A model generated the notes under the pieces. That model saw only the letters and a list, made by a program, of their open reading frames with translations. It was not told the DNA's origin and made no database searches. Shown here piece after piece: positions 13,372 through 26,268 of a stretch of 64,000 nucleotides of DNA; the first letter of the stretch is position 1, and each line of letters opens with the position of its first letter. The position numbers were made by a program, and so were the translations under genes. Source of the DNA: Macrostomum lignano (Eukaryota); the NCBI GenBank assembly GCA_002269645.1, contig NIVC01003495.1, positions 1-64,000 on the forward strand. Direction: 5' to 3'.

Positions 13372-14895
13372 TGAATTCCCCCATTCACTAAGCCCAATGT
13401 CCATCTGAATTCCCCCATTCACTAAGCCCAATGTCCATTTGAATTCCCCCATTCACTAAGCCCAATGTCCATTTGAATTCCCCCATTCACTAAGCCCAAA
13501 GTCCATTTGAATTCTCCCATTCACTAAGCCCAATGTCCATTTGAATTCCCCCATTCACTAAGCCCAATGTCCATCTGAATTCCCCCACCAATTATTCACC
13601 ATGCCCAATGTCCATCTGAATTCCCCACCAATTATTCACTAATCCCAATGTCCATCTGAATTCCCCCATTCATTAAGCCCAATGTCCATCTGAATTCCCC
13701 CATTCACTAAGCCCAATGTCCATCTGAATTCCCCCACCAATTATTCACTAAGCCCAATGTCCATCTGAATTCCCCCACCAATTATTCACTAAGCCCAATG
13801 TCCATCTGAATTCCCCCACCAATAATTCACTAAGCCCAATGTCCATCTGAATTCCCCCACCAATTATTCACTAAGCCCAATGTCCATCTGAATTCCCCGT
13901 TTCACTAAGCCCAATGTCCATCTGAATTCCCCCATTCACCATGCCTAAGTCCATCTGAATTCCCCACCTGTTATTTACCATGCCCAATGTCCATCTGAAT
14001 TCCCCGCACCTGTTATTCACCATGCCCAATGTCCATCTGAATTCCCCACCTGTTAATACCATGCGCAATTTCCATCTGATTCTGAATTTCCCTACCCCCA
14101 TTCACTAAGCCCAATGTCCATCTGAATTCCCCCATTTCACCATGCCCAATGTCCATCTGAATTCCCCCATTTCACCATGCCCAATGTCCATCTGAATTCC
14201 CCAACCCATTATTCACCATGCATGTCCATCTGAATTCCCCCACCAATTATTCACTAAGCTCAATGTCCATCTGAATTCCCCGTTTCACTAAGCCCAATGT
14301 CCATCTGAATTCCCCCATTCACCATGCCTAAGTCCATCTGAATTCCCCACCTGTTATTTACCATGCCCAATGTCCATCTGAATTCCCCCACCTGTTATTC
14401 ACCATGCCCAATGTCCATCTGAATTCCCCCACCAGTTATTTACCATGCGCAATGTCCATCTGATTCTGAATTTCTCTACCCCCATTCACTAAGCCCAATG
14501 TCCATCTGAATTCCCCCATTTTACCATGCCCAATGTCCATTTGAATTCCCCAATCCATTATTCACCATGCCCAATGTCCATCTGAATTCCCCACCTGTTA
14601 TTCACCATGCCCAATGTCCATCTGAATTCCCCCATTCACAAAGCCCAACGTCTATCTGAATTCCCCCATTCGCTAAGCCCAATGTCCTCTTAGTGAATTC
14701 ACTAACCCCAATGTCTATCTGAATTCCCCCATTTACTTAGCCCAATGTCCATCTGAATTCCCCCATTCACTAAGCCCAATATCTATCTGAATTCCCCCAT
14801 TCACTAAGCCCAATATCTATCTGAATTCCCCCATTCACTAAGCCCAATATCTATCTGAATTCCCCCATTCACTAAGCCCAATCTCTATCTGGATT
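13372..14895. repeat. Minisatellite, ~34-41 bp unit (AATGTCCATCTGAATTCCCCCATTCACTAAGCCC)
   Basis: Tandem copies with variant blocks, directly visible. Confidence 0.95.
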
Positions 14896-15472
14896 TCTCA
14901 TTTCCCTAGCCTTACTACATGTGTAACATCAAGCAATCAACAATGCAATTATTATCTTATAAGTCTTTTCTGTCTGTTTTGTTTACTTAAGTTTGAAATC
15001 AATTTGAATTGGTTTGTGCTGAAACTTATTGCTGTTTTATTACACGTATATGTACTTATGCAGTACTTGGTGCTTTAATGAACTGCTCAAATACTTTAAT
15101 ACCATTTTTAGTACTCGTGGTAGCCGATCTTTATTATCGTAATTAAAAATTTATACGAATCGATAATCAGCCAAATATAATCTGTTTGTTTCTATCGTTC
15201 AATAAATTCGTTCACTTTCACTCTAGTTATTGTCTTATTTCTTGATATTACATTAAACTAGTATATGCATTTACGAGCTACATGAAAGAGTCCTTGACCT
15301 GAGCCCAAGTGAACAACAGCTCCAAAGAATTTCTAACATTGCTCTATAATTAATTACCTAAAAACTGTTACAGACACAGACAAACTGTTTATCTCATCGC
15401 TATTCTGACTGACGGCGCTGTAATTTGCAAGTACAATACTATACGCGTACGTTTTTATAGTAAAGTAAATAC

Positions 15473-15843
15473 CAGGCGCATCGCCATCGGGGGGGGGGGG
15501 CAGGGGGCATGTCCCTCTCCCCCCCCAGTAAAAGCTATGGGGGGACATTCCAATGCTTCGTGCCCCCCCACCCCACCTTGTGACTCGTAATCAATAATTT
15601 TTTCAGGGCGCCAAAATATAGCGCCTAATGAGTGCCTACGGTGCTAAAATGAGTGGATGCGGCGCTTAAAGGAATGCCTGCGACATCAAAATGAGTTCCT
15701 GCGGCGCTAAAATGAGTACCTACGGTGCCAAAATGAGCGCTGACAACACGACTCTCAAAATAATGGAAATGTAGGAATTTAGCATGTAACATGTTGATTT
15801 CTTGGCTTTGTCCCCCACCATAAAATCCATGGCGACACCCCTG
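15473..15843. mobile_element. hAT-type MITE (CAGG...CCTG ends)
   Basis: Left end CAGGCGCATCGCCATCGG versus right-end reverse complement CAGGGGTGTCGCCATGG; flanks GTAAATAC / TTAAATAC (7/8). Confidence 0.65.
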
Positions 15844-16434
15844 TTAAATACTTTTGTTTTAATTTATATTTACAATGTAAGACATATTATTCATATGAAT
15901 AATATTATTCATATTATTCATATTATTCATATTTACATGTAAATAGTGGCGCTGGCCTACAGATTTACGTACATGTATGTACACTTCTTATGGAGGCAAG
16001 TATAAAAATGTTAGCTAACGTGTGCTTGCAACGAAGATTAATAAAAAGCGAAAATGCCAAATGGTACCGTCAAACAAGCAAATTAGGCTCTAAATTAGGC
16101 TTCAAAAACTTGGGCTCACAGTCGCGGAGTCAAGGACGACTTAAATCTCATTCTTAGTAAAAGCCATGCATGCCTTTGGTGATATCACTTTCACCTTTTA
16201 ACGCCCATCCATTTCCGGAGGACCTTGGACTATCGAATTCATACGGAATTTATATCACGATTGTAAAGTAAATAACCGCGTAAATGCAATTCGGAGCACT
16301 TTCAAATTCTTCAAAATTAGTAGCTGACGCTAGGGGCGCGCGGCCATTATAGGGTATTTTCCAGCGAATGAGTCAATTTTCAGTTATCAAAATTGATGTG
16401 TATGGCTCATGTCAATGGCACGTAGCTATATTGA

Positions 16435-16638
16435 CAGGGGCGTAGGGAGGAGGGGATAGGGGGGATGTCCCCCCGAAGAGCCTGATCAAAACTTTTTTGT
16501 TGCCCTTTGTTGCTATACATGCTACCATGTGACTCTGTCACAGCACTTTTATCTTGGTGTATCCCCCACGTAGAAAATTCCTGGCTACACACCCCTGTTG
16601 GTGTATCCCCCCATAGGAAATTCCTGGCTACACCCCTG
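16435..16638. mobile_element. Short MITE with TIR CAGGGGCGTAG / CTACACCCCTG
   Basis: 11-bp near-perfect TIR; ATATTG-containing flanks on both sides (imperfect TSD); right end locally duplicated. Confidence 0.55.
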
Positions 16639-17928
16639 ATATTGTACCATATATAAGTTTTGAACTGATTGATAATACTAAAACTAGGTTTGCTTATTAT
16701 AATATTACTACAACATAGACTAGCTAGTGGTAGGTCTAGCTAGATATAAGTCATGACTACAATTATAATATATTAACCATTAATTATGGAATCCAAACTG
16801 TTTTTATGTGATTTACTGCGCATCTTTCCTGGGTCAAACAAGCACATGGACATTTCATATAGTCACAGTGAAAACTTGCAATGAAAATGATAAATTAAAA
16901 ATATATATTAAGTGTCTCTTTAATCCAGCTTATTGAAATATGTAATTGAAATATTCTTATTGAAATAACAAAATTTTTTTGTTATTGTTATCAAATAATA
17001 ATATTTAGTTGTCTTATATTTAGTACAATTTACTACAATTGATTTTGTGGCAATTTTCAAGGTCTGTTTCTTAATTTATTTTGACTTGCTTAATGACTTT
17101 GTCATTATTATCTAATTCTGAAAGATATAGAGATGAATATTCCAAGTTTAAAGCCAGTTAGAATTATAAGCCATTTAAATTTGTTCATGATAGACAAGAA
17201 TTCTGCTTATAGTTATATATAAGTAGAATTTAAATCTAAAATAAAATATAATTTATTTTTTCAATATGTTCAAAATCAACTTTTCATAGATTTTAATATA
17301 CTTTCATTTAATGGAACAAATAATCCTGCTAAATATTTTTCATAATTTAGGTATGAAAGCTATAAACAAAAGTAATTTAACTTGAGTTTTTTCTTAAAGA
17401 ATTTTTTCTAGAAGCACTTGCTTTCAATATAATGCTTATATCCTATTTTTCATTGCTTATATAGTGTTACTAAACTGCCATTTGATAATGTTATATGTAA
17501 CAATATGAAAAAAGTTCAATGTGGTTTTCTTAAATTCTTAGAAAGCCATTTGCTACTTCTAGTAATATAATGAGACAGTTAAAAATTTACTAATAATATT
17601 TAATAACCACCTCTAAATTTCAGACAAGCTGAGCCCTTGTGGCAATCTTGTCTTTCGACTTTCTCCTTTTCTCATCCTTTTTGCCACTTTTGTTTCAAAC
17701 AATATTTTCTCTTTTTGTACTAACTTTTAATATTATAAAACAGCAGAAAGGCTCCAACCCATTTCTGGTGTTTTAAAACCTTTTTTTTTCTTTAACTAGA
17801 TTTTCACTTCGCTACAGTTAGCTCTTTTCGAAGGAATAAATTCGAAGTTTTGCAGTAAGAAAACACTTAGAACTCATAGGCCAACTTATTAAAGTTAAAA
17901 GTTTACTTGGAAGACACCAGAGGCAGTC

Positions 17929-20900
17929 ATGTCAGATCCCGCGCACAAAGCCATGCTCTATTTCTTGGAAATTCTACTCAACTGCACTGACTCTGAGGAT
18001 AACGGCGACTCGACGACTGTCGGCGGCAGTGCCGACGCCTCGTCTGACAGCGGCGGTGGTGGCGACGACGGCTCCGGCGTGCGCCTGTCCAGTCTGGCCG
18101 CCCACTTCCACAGCCGACATTTCGACGTCGAGATGCGCAACGCCGTCGGCGGGCCAGCTGGACTTCGGGCTTTCCTGCGCCGCTATCCGGCGCTGTTTCG
18201 CGTCGTTGGGGACCGCGTCCGCGCTGTTGGACCGACTGGCAAGTCGGCGTCTGTTGCCGCCGTTGCTGCCGCTGCAGCCGCCGCCTCTGCCGCTAATTCA
18301 AATTCTGCTACATCGTCAGTTGCTGAAGCAGCTACGGCAGATCTGGAGCGGGACCTCGGAGCGGTGCGATTAGGAGTAGGTACTCTGAGTAGGTACAGGA
18401 GGGTAGTTATTGTCACTGAAGGAGCAGGAAAGCAGGGACTGTCACTGAAGGAGCAGACGGGCAGCGACTGTCACTGAAGGAGCAGACGGGCAGCGACTGT
18501 CACTGAAGGAGCAGGAAAGCAGGGACTGTCACTGAAGGAGCAGACGGGCAGCGACTGTCACTGAAGGAGCAGGAAGGGAGTGAGAATCGAGCCTGTCAAT
18601 TTGAGTCATCCACCCATAATGAGTCATGAGCCTGTCAATTTGAGTCATCCACACCATAATGAGTCATGAGCCTTCAATTTGAGTCATCCACCCCATAATG
18701 ACTTATGAGGCCTCTCAATTTGAGTCATCCACCCATAATGAGTCATGAGCCTGTCAATTTGAGTCATCCACCCCATAATGAGTTATGAGGCCTCTCAATT
18801 TGAGTCATCCACCCATAATGAGTCATGAGCCTGTCAATTTGAGTCATCCACCCCATAATGAGTTATGAGGCCTCTCAATTTGAGTCATCCACCCATTATG
18901 AGTCATGAGCCTGTCAATTTGAGTCATCTACCCATTATGAGTCATGAGCTTGTCAATTTGAGTCATCCACCCGATAATGAGTCATGAGCCAGTCAATTTG
19001 AGTCATCCACCCCATTATGAGTCATAAGCCTGTCAATTCGAGTCATCCATCCCATAATGAGTAATGAGCCTGTCAATTGAGTCATCCACCTCATAATGAG
19101 TCATGAGCCTGTCAATTTGAGTCATTTACCTCATAATGAGTCATGAGTCTGTCGATTCGAGTCATCCACCCCATTATAATGAGTCATGAGCTTGTCCATT
19201 TGAGTCATCCACCCCATTATAATGAGCCATGAGCCTGTCAATTTGAGCCATCCACCCCATAATGAGCCATGAGCCTGTCAATTTGAGTCATTTACCCCAT
19301 AATGAGCCATGAGCCTGTCAATTTGAGCCATCCACCCCATAATGAGCCATGAGCCTGTCAATATGAGTCATCCACCCCATAATGAGTCATTCACCCCTAT
19401 TGAGTCATTCAGATCACGTCCCTCTTTTGTCTACATTTTTGCCAGTCCCGCCTGGCCGCTAAGAGGGAGCGCTGGGTTCCCGTGCGCAGCCTGTGCGGCC
19501 ATCTGGGCCAGGCGCCGTCCGACGTTCGCGCCGCTCTCGGCCTCAGCGGCGGCGGCTCGGCGGCTGTAGAATTGGCCGCATTTTTAGCCAAGCACCGGCA
19601 CGCATTTGAAGTGCAAGGTGAACTTGTGTCGCTTAGAAATGGTGGCGGGGGAGGCGGCGGCAGCGGCGGCGGCAGCGGCGGCGGCCGGCAGAGCTCCGCC
19701 CGCAGGCCCGGCAGTCTGGCGCTTGGCAGCCAGCAGCAGCAGCAGCAACAGCAACAAAACCACCATCTGATATCCGCCGGTTCAAGCGGTCGCTCTCTAC
19801 CGTCTACTCCTAACGGATTTCAGCAGCAGCAGCAGCAACATCAGGTACACATGTCCGCTGCCGAGTACAAAGCTGTCATGTTTGTCCGCAAGGTGCTGCT
19901 TAAAAAGGGCGGTCGAATGCCATTGGCTAAACTGTTCACCGTGCTGTCCAGGTGAGTGAACTCTCATCTTTTTTTCCAGAATATCCCCTATCCAATCTCA
20001 CTCCGTCTGTCCTATCTAATCTCAGAAGCTCCCCTATCTAATCTCAGAAGCTTCCCTATCTAATCTCAAAAGCTCCCCTATCTAATCTCAGAAGCTCCCC
20101 TATCTAATTTCAGAAGCTTCCCTATCTAATCTCAGAAGCTTCCCTATCTAATCTCAGAAGCTTCCCTATCTAATCTCAGAAGCTTCCCTATCTAATCTCA
20201 AAAGCTTCCCTATCTAATCTCAAAAGCTTCCCTATCTAATCTCAGAAGCTTCCCTATCTAATCTCAAAAGCTTCCCTATCTAATCTCAGAAGCTTCCCTA
20301 TCTAATCTCAGAAGCTTCCCTATCTAATCTCAGAGGCTCCCTTATCTTAATCTCAGAAGCTTCCCTATCTAACCTCAGAATCTACCCCTATCTAATCTCA
20401 AGAGCTTCCCTATCTAATCTCAGAGGCTCCCTTATCTAATCTCAGAATCTCCTCCTATCTAATCTCAGAGGTTCCCCAATCAAACCTCAGAATCTCACAC
20501 TATCTAAGCTCAGAATCTCACACTATCTAATCTCAGATTCTTATTACACTATCTAATCTCAGAATCTCACACTATCTAATCTCAGAATCTCACACTATCT
20601 AATCTCAGAATCTCTTCCTATCTTATCTCAGAGGTTCCCCAATCTAATCTCAGAAGCTCCCCTATCTGATCTCAGAGGCTCCCTTATCTAATCTCAGAAG
20701 CTCCCCTGTCTAATCTCAGAATCTCAGATCTCAATCATCCAATCTGAGAGTCGCCCCGATCCAATCTCAACCCGCAGGCCTGGAGACGGGGCCGAGCAGG
20801 CCCGCAACTTGATTGGCTGGACGCAGATGGAGCTGGAGGAGTTCCTTGCCAAGCGGCCGCTGTTCTTCGACTGCTGCTCCTCATTGGTGTCCGACAGCGC

Positions 20901-22371
20901 CGAGGTCGCTGTGAGGCGCGGCCAGCGGCTCAGCATCGTTATCAGCGAGTCGGCCACCACCGCCGCCGCTGCTTCAGCTGCCGCAGCCGCTGCCGCTCCC
21001 ACCCCCGCACAGTCAGTGAACGGCGGTGAGGCGCCGCGCACACTCAGCAACCGGTGTGGCACCGTGTTCCACTGCTCACGACTGTGGGGCATCATTGATT
21101 TGGGCCGGCACGAGCACGTTTTCTTTGATAGGTCCATCTTCAAGCACGTGGAGGACCTGCAGCGGCACTTCAAGGTGAGGTGGATGGGGAGATTTTGGAA
21201 CTAAATATGGGGAGATTTTGGAATTATATATGGGGAGATTTTGGGATTCGATATAGGGAGATTTTGGAATTATATATGGGGAGATTTTGGGATTCGATAT
21301 GGGGAGATTTTGGGATTCGATATGGGGAGATTTTTGGATTCAAAATGGGGATATTTTGGGATTCGATGTCGAGATATTTTTGAATTCGATAGGGGGAGAT
21401 TTTGGGATTCGATCGGGGGGTATTCTGGGACTCGATTTGGCAAGATTTTGGGAGTCAATATGGAGATATTTTTTTATTCAATATGAGGATATTTTGGGAT
21501 TCGATAAAGGGAAGATTTTGGGATTCGATAGGGGGAGATTTTAGGATTTGATATGGGGAGATTTTAGGATTCGATATGGGGAGATTTTAGGATTCGATAT
21601 GGGGAGATTTTAGGATTCGATATGGGGAGATTTTGGGATTCGCTATGGGGAGATTTTGGGATTTGATATGTCGAGATTTTTAGATTCAATATATGGGGAG
21701 ATTTTGGGATTGGATATGGGGATATTTCGGGATTTGATATGGGGAGATTTTTCGATTCAATATGGGGAGATTTTGGGATTAGATGTGTGTGAGATTCGAA
21801 AATCGGGTTTTAGAGGTCCTGGGCTTGAAAGAAAGGCATCGGATGAAATTGGAGTGCGGAACCAGATCGAGACAGTCTCATTTGCCGCCTTGGCCATCAG
21901 GTGAACGATCCCGTGTACTTCAACGCCATCCTCGCGCCGCGGGAGAGCCGCGCCAAATGGCGCGCCACCAAAGTGTGGAAGGAGTGCGACCGGCCTCTGG
22001 TGGACCGGATGTCCGCCGCGGCCGCCGCTGCGTCAATCGTTTCGCCGCTCTCGCCGTCGCCGTCGCCGGCTGCCCCGACTCCGTCGGCTGCTGTCGGCGG
22101 CATCACGGGGGCTTCGTCTGCTGAAGCCGAAGCTCAGGCAGCCGAGGCCGAGCTCTGCCGCCTGCTGGACAGCCTGCTGGTCGGCCCGTCGCCGTCCTTG
22201 TCGTCTCCTGTTGCGTCGACTCCGAGCGTCGGCAGCTCCGGCCGGCTGTGCCTGTCATGCCGGCAGCGCTGCCGATCCGGCGGTGGTTTGGCAGCAGCCG
22301 GCGTCTCAGTGGCCTGCCAGACACTCAGCACCGGCGACATCATGCTGACTAATATTTATCACGACCCTTGA
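17929..22371 (+). CDS. Egalitarian-like protein ~606 aa (3 Egl-type winged-helix repeats, cold-shock-like OB fold, C-terminal QT motif); exons 17929-~18375, 19446-19951, 20778-21174, 21901-22371
   Basis: AMLYFLEILL..LSSLAAHF..EMRNAVGGPAGLRAFLRRYPALFRVVGDRV and VPVRSLCGHLGQA..FLAKHRHAFEV resemble Egalitarian N-terminal repeats. Introns 2 and 3 are canonical and phase-consistent; the intron 1 donor is ambiguous. Confidence 0.75.
18405..18575. repeat. ~29-bp tandem repeat (GTCACTGAAGGAGCAGACGGGCAGCGACT), intron 1 of the Egl-like gene
   Basis: About 5-6 visible copies. Confidence 0.9.
18590..19400. repeat. 39-41 bp minisatellite rich in TGAGTCA, intron 1 of the Egl-like gene
   Basis: Unit GAGCCTGTCAATTTGAGTCATCCACCCCATAATGAGTCAT. 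Confidence 0.95.
20010..20735. repeat. 22-bp minisatellite (CTTCCCTATCTAATCTCAGAAG), intron 2 of the Egl-like gene
   Basis: Directly visible tandem copies. Confidence 0.95.
21185..21790. repeat. 22-23 bp minisatellite (ATGGGGAGATTTTGGGATTCGAT), intron 3 of the Egl-like gene
   Basis: Directly visible tandem copies. Confidence 0.95.
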
Positions 22372-22399
22372 CTCATGGCTTGAGTCCGGGATTTGGGGT

Positions 22400-22982
22400 C
22401 TGTTTAAACATGAGCCTGTGTAGGGTATGACATGATTCTGTATTCCTGTGTATGGTTAAGACATGATCCTTTGTAGGGTATGACATGATTCTGTATTCCT
22501 GTGTATGGTTAAGACATGATCCTGTGTAGGGTATGACATGATCCTGTGTAGCGTATGACATGATCCTGTGTATGGTCAAGACATGATCCTGTGTATGGTT
22601 AAGACATGATCCTGTGTAGGGTTAGGACATGATCCTGCTTAGGGTATGACATGATCCTGTGTAGGGTTAAGACATGATCCTGTGTAGGGTATGACATGAT
22701 CCTGTGTAGGGTATGACATGATCTGATCCTGTGCCAGTTAAGACATGATCCTGTGCCAGTTAGGACATAATCCTCTGCAGGTTAGTACATGATTCTGTGT
22801 AGGTTAAGACATGATCCTGTGCCAGTTAAGACATGATCCTGTGCCAGTTAGGACATAATCCTCTGCAGGTTAGTACATGATTCTGTGTAGGTTAAGACAT
22901 GATCCTGTGCCAGTTAGGACATAATCCTCTGCAGGTTAGTACATGACTCTGTGTAGGTTAAGACATGATCCTGTGCCAGTTA
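22400..22982. repeat. 22-bp minisatellite (GACATGATCCTGTGTAGGGTAT)
   Basis: Tandem copies immediately after the Egl-like stop codon. Confidence 0.95.
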
Positions 22983-23419
22983 GGGCAGTTTATTGTCAGC
23001 AGATAATTCTTTAGTTTCGTCAAAATCACGTCATTTTCGTGTTGTTTCGCTTATCTATCGGGCAATTTCGTCGCATCCGAAAAAGGTTTCAATCGGGTCT
23101 TTTTCCTTCTCTATCCAATTATTATCAGTTTTTTGGTTACGTAATTTTTATTTTTCGACCGTTTTCAGAAAACGCTTGGTGTTAAATTTGTACCATCGCA
23201 ACGCTGTCGCACATTGTATAGACGCAAATTTTCATCTTTCGCTGCTAGTCTTGACTTAGTGTTTTCGTTTTTTATCAAGAGATAAGCTTTTTGTGTTTTC
23301 AATTTTAGTTTCTACTGACTCTGAATCTGCAACTTTGTGTGAAGTTTACTGTTTTTGGTTATTAAAAACAATTGCAATTATGCCTATTTTATTATTTGAT
23401 TACCCAAATTAAAGAACGG

Positions 23420-24690
23420 GGCCTCGTGGTGCCTTAATGAGATAAGAGTGCCTCGGGCTGCGTGTGGTGCCTGGATGAGATAATAGTGCCTCGGGCTGCG
23501 TGTGGTGCCTGGATGAGATAATAGTGCCTCGGGCTGCGTGTGGTGCCTGGATGAGATAATAGTGCCCCGGACAGCGTGGGGTGCCTGGATGAGATAATAG
23601 GGCCTAAAGCTGCGTGGGATGCCTGGATGAGATAATATGGCCTAGAGCTGCGTGGGATGCCTGGATGAGATAATATGGCCTAGAACTGCGTGGGATGCCT
23701 GGATGAGATAATAGGGCCTAGAGCTGCGTGTAGTGCCTGGATGAGATAATAGGGCCTAGAGCTGCGTGTGGTGCCTGGATGAGATAATAGGGCCTAGAGC
23801 TGCGTGTGGTGCCTGGATGAGATAATAGTGCCTCGGGCTGCGTGTGGTGCCTGGATGAGATAATAGTGCCCCGGACAGCGTGGGGTGCCTGGATGAGATA
23901 ATAGTGCCCCGGACAGCGTGGGGTGCCTGGATGAGATAATAGGGCCTAAAGCTGCGTGGGATGCCTGGATGAGATAATATGGCCTAGAACTGCGTGGGAT
24001 GCCTGGATGAGATAATAGGGCCTAGAGCTGCGTGGGATGCCTGGATGAGATAATAGTGCCTAGAGCTGCGTGTGGTGCCTGGATGAGATAATAGTGCCTA
24101 GAGCTGCGTGTGGTGCCTGGATGAGATAATAGGGCCTAGAGCTGCGTGTAGTGCCTGGGTGAGATAATAGGGCCTAGAGCTGCGTGTAGTGCCTGGATGA
24201 GATAATAGTGTCTCTGGCTGCATGTGGCGCCTGGATGAGATAATAGGGCCTAGAGCTGCGTGTAGTGCCTGGATGAGATAATAGTGTCTCTGGCTGCATG
24301 TGGTGCCTGGATGAGATAATAGTGTCTCTGGCTGCATGTGGCGCCTGGATGAGATAATAGGGCCTAGAGCTGCGTGTGGTGCCTGGATGAGATAATAGGG
24401 CCTAGAGCTGCGTGTGGTGCCTGGATGAGATAATAGGGCCTAGAGCTCCGTGTAGTGCCTGGGTGAGATAATAGGGCCTAGAGCTGCGTGTAGTGCCTGG
24501 ATGAGATAATAGTGTCTCTGGCTGCATGTGGCGCCTGGATGAGATAATAGGGCCTAGAGCTGCGTGTGGTGCCTGGGTGAGATAATAGGGCCTAGAGCTG
24601 CGTGTAGTGCCTGGATGAGATAATAGTGTCTCTGGCTGCATGTGGTGCCTAGATTAGATAATAGAGCCTCGGGATGGGTGGTGCCTGGAT
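23420..24690. repeat. ~36-bp minisatellite (GTGCCTGGATGAGATAATAGGGCCTAGAGCTGCGTG)
   Basis: Directly visible tandem copies. Confidence 0.95.
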
Positions 24691-25744
24691 GAAAGAACTA
24701 AAAAAGAAACAACTTGTGCAGATTTGCTTCTAAATAATTCGCCTCTCCTAAAAGAAATATCCGATATCAACACGGCATTTTTTGCGACCATTGATTTTAA
24801 AAGAAAGCTTTCTTTGAACTCTCAGCTGAATAATTTTGACACTCATTAACAGCTATTTGCTTATCTTTGATTCGGTAATTATTCGACACCATCTAGTCAT
24901 TTGCAAACTATGCTCATCATCTGTGCTTAATCGGAACGCAGCAATAACGACTCAAAGCCATGCTGGATCTACTTTGCTCACTTCTGCAACGCAACGCAAA
25001 GTCGCCTTAAAAATTTGTTACCGTTCGAATTAATGTTTTTGTTGTGCGCCTGCGTCAATGTACCAATGGAGTTTTTGCTGTGCTTTTTCTGTTTTCTTTC
25101 ATGTGTTGTTTGGCTTCATCTGTGCAATAATAGGTTTAACAGCAGTTTACAAGCGTGCTGCAATTCAGTTTGGAAATTCGACTGAATCGCATGGAAATAA
25201 ATGCTTCTTTTTAGCCTCTCCGAGCCTCTCTTTTTTTGGAGTTCAAGTTAATTTTTCACGGCTATTTTTAACTCGAATTGGTTATTGTCTGCGTACCGTA
25301 TTGGTGCGCTTGCATCTGCTCAGGAGTCAGCGAAATGGGCAGAATTGCCGACAGCGCTGCATGGTTGTGGGGCGATGTTCCAGTCGAATGACTGGCTAGC
25401 GTCATTAGCAACAGCAGCAATAATAATAGTAATAGTCCGTATTGTGACGCAATGTAACGATATATGCATATTTTTGGACAGCAATTGCGTAAGCTGAAGA
25501 CGCTACGTATCTATCTGTGTCTTTGTGGTGAAATTTCTAACTTGCGAGTGGAACTCCTCCTTCGGAGGAGAAAGGGGAAGAACTCCTATCGCCAAAATTC
25601 CATTCCCTGTAATCTATCAGCTGAAATCCCATGCCTTGAATCTCATCTTCCAAATCGTCTAAAAATCCTTTACAAAACCTTTCAAATACGCTCGTACCAT
25701 ATCTTGTTTTCCCTGTTTGCAAAGTGATTGCCATTGTCCAGACT

Positions 25745-26268
25745 CCAGACCCAGCCTCTCCTGTCTGCTCTCTCCTCTTTGCTCTCTCATCTCTGCGCTC
25801 TCATCTTTATCCTATTCTTTCTCCTCACTACTTTCTCCTCTCTACTCTCTTATCTCTCTCATCTTTCATCTCTCGTCTCTCTCCCCTCTCCCCTCTCTCC
25901 TCTCGCTTCTCTCTCTCTCTCTCTCTCTCTCGTCTCATCTCTACTCTCTTATTTATTTCTTCTCCCTCCTCTATCGTCTCTACTCTCTCCTCTCTCTCTT
26001 CTGTTTCCTCTGTACTCTTTTCCTCTCTTCTCTTTCCTCTCATCTCTGCTATCTCATATCTCCCCTCTCCTTTCTCCTGCTCTCTCGTTTCTTCCCTCTA
26101 CTCTCTATTCTCTCTCCTCTTCTCTTCTCTCCCTCTTTATTCCCGCCTCACTCCCCTCTTCTCTTCTCTCCCATCTGTCATCTCTAATCTGTCCTCTCTC
26201 ATATCTACTCTTTTTTCTATCATATCTTCTCTCTTCTCTTTTTACTCTTCTCTCTACTCTCTTATCTG
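25745..26268. repeat. CT-rich low-complexity polypyrimidine tract
   Basis: Almost purine-free on the + strand; its ORFs are artefacts. Confidence 0.9.

Noticed and set aside
20010-24690. GATA (AGATAG/AGATAA) motifs in two arrays, plus the CAGCTG E-box in the 50575 array
   Set aside because: Six-base motifs are expected by chance in some of ~25 repeat units
25537-25714. Minus-strand exon-like segment (FLDDLEDEIQGMGFQLIDYREWNFG), faintly TIR-domain-like
   Set aside because: Short, with no partner exons or diagnostic motifs found
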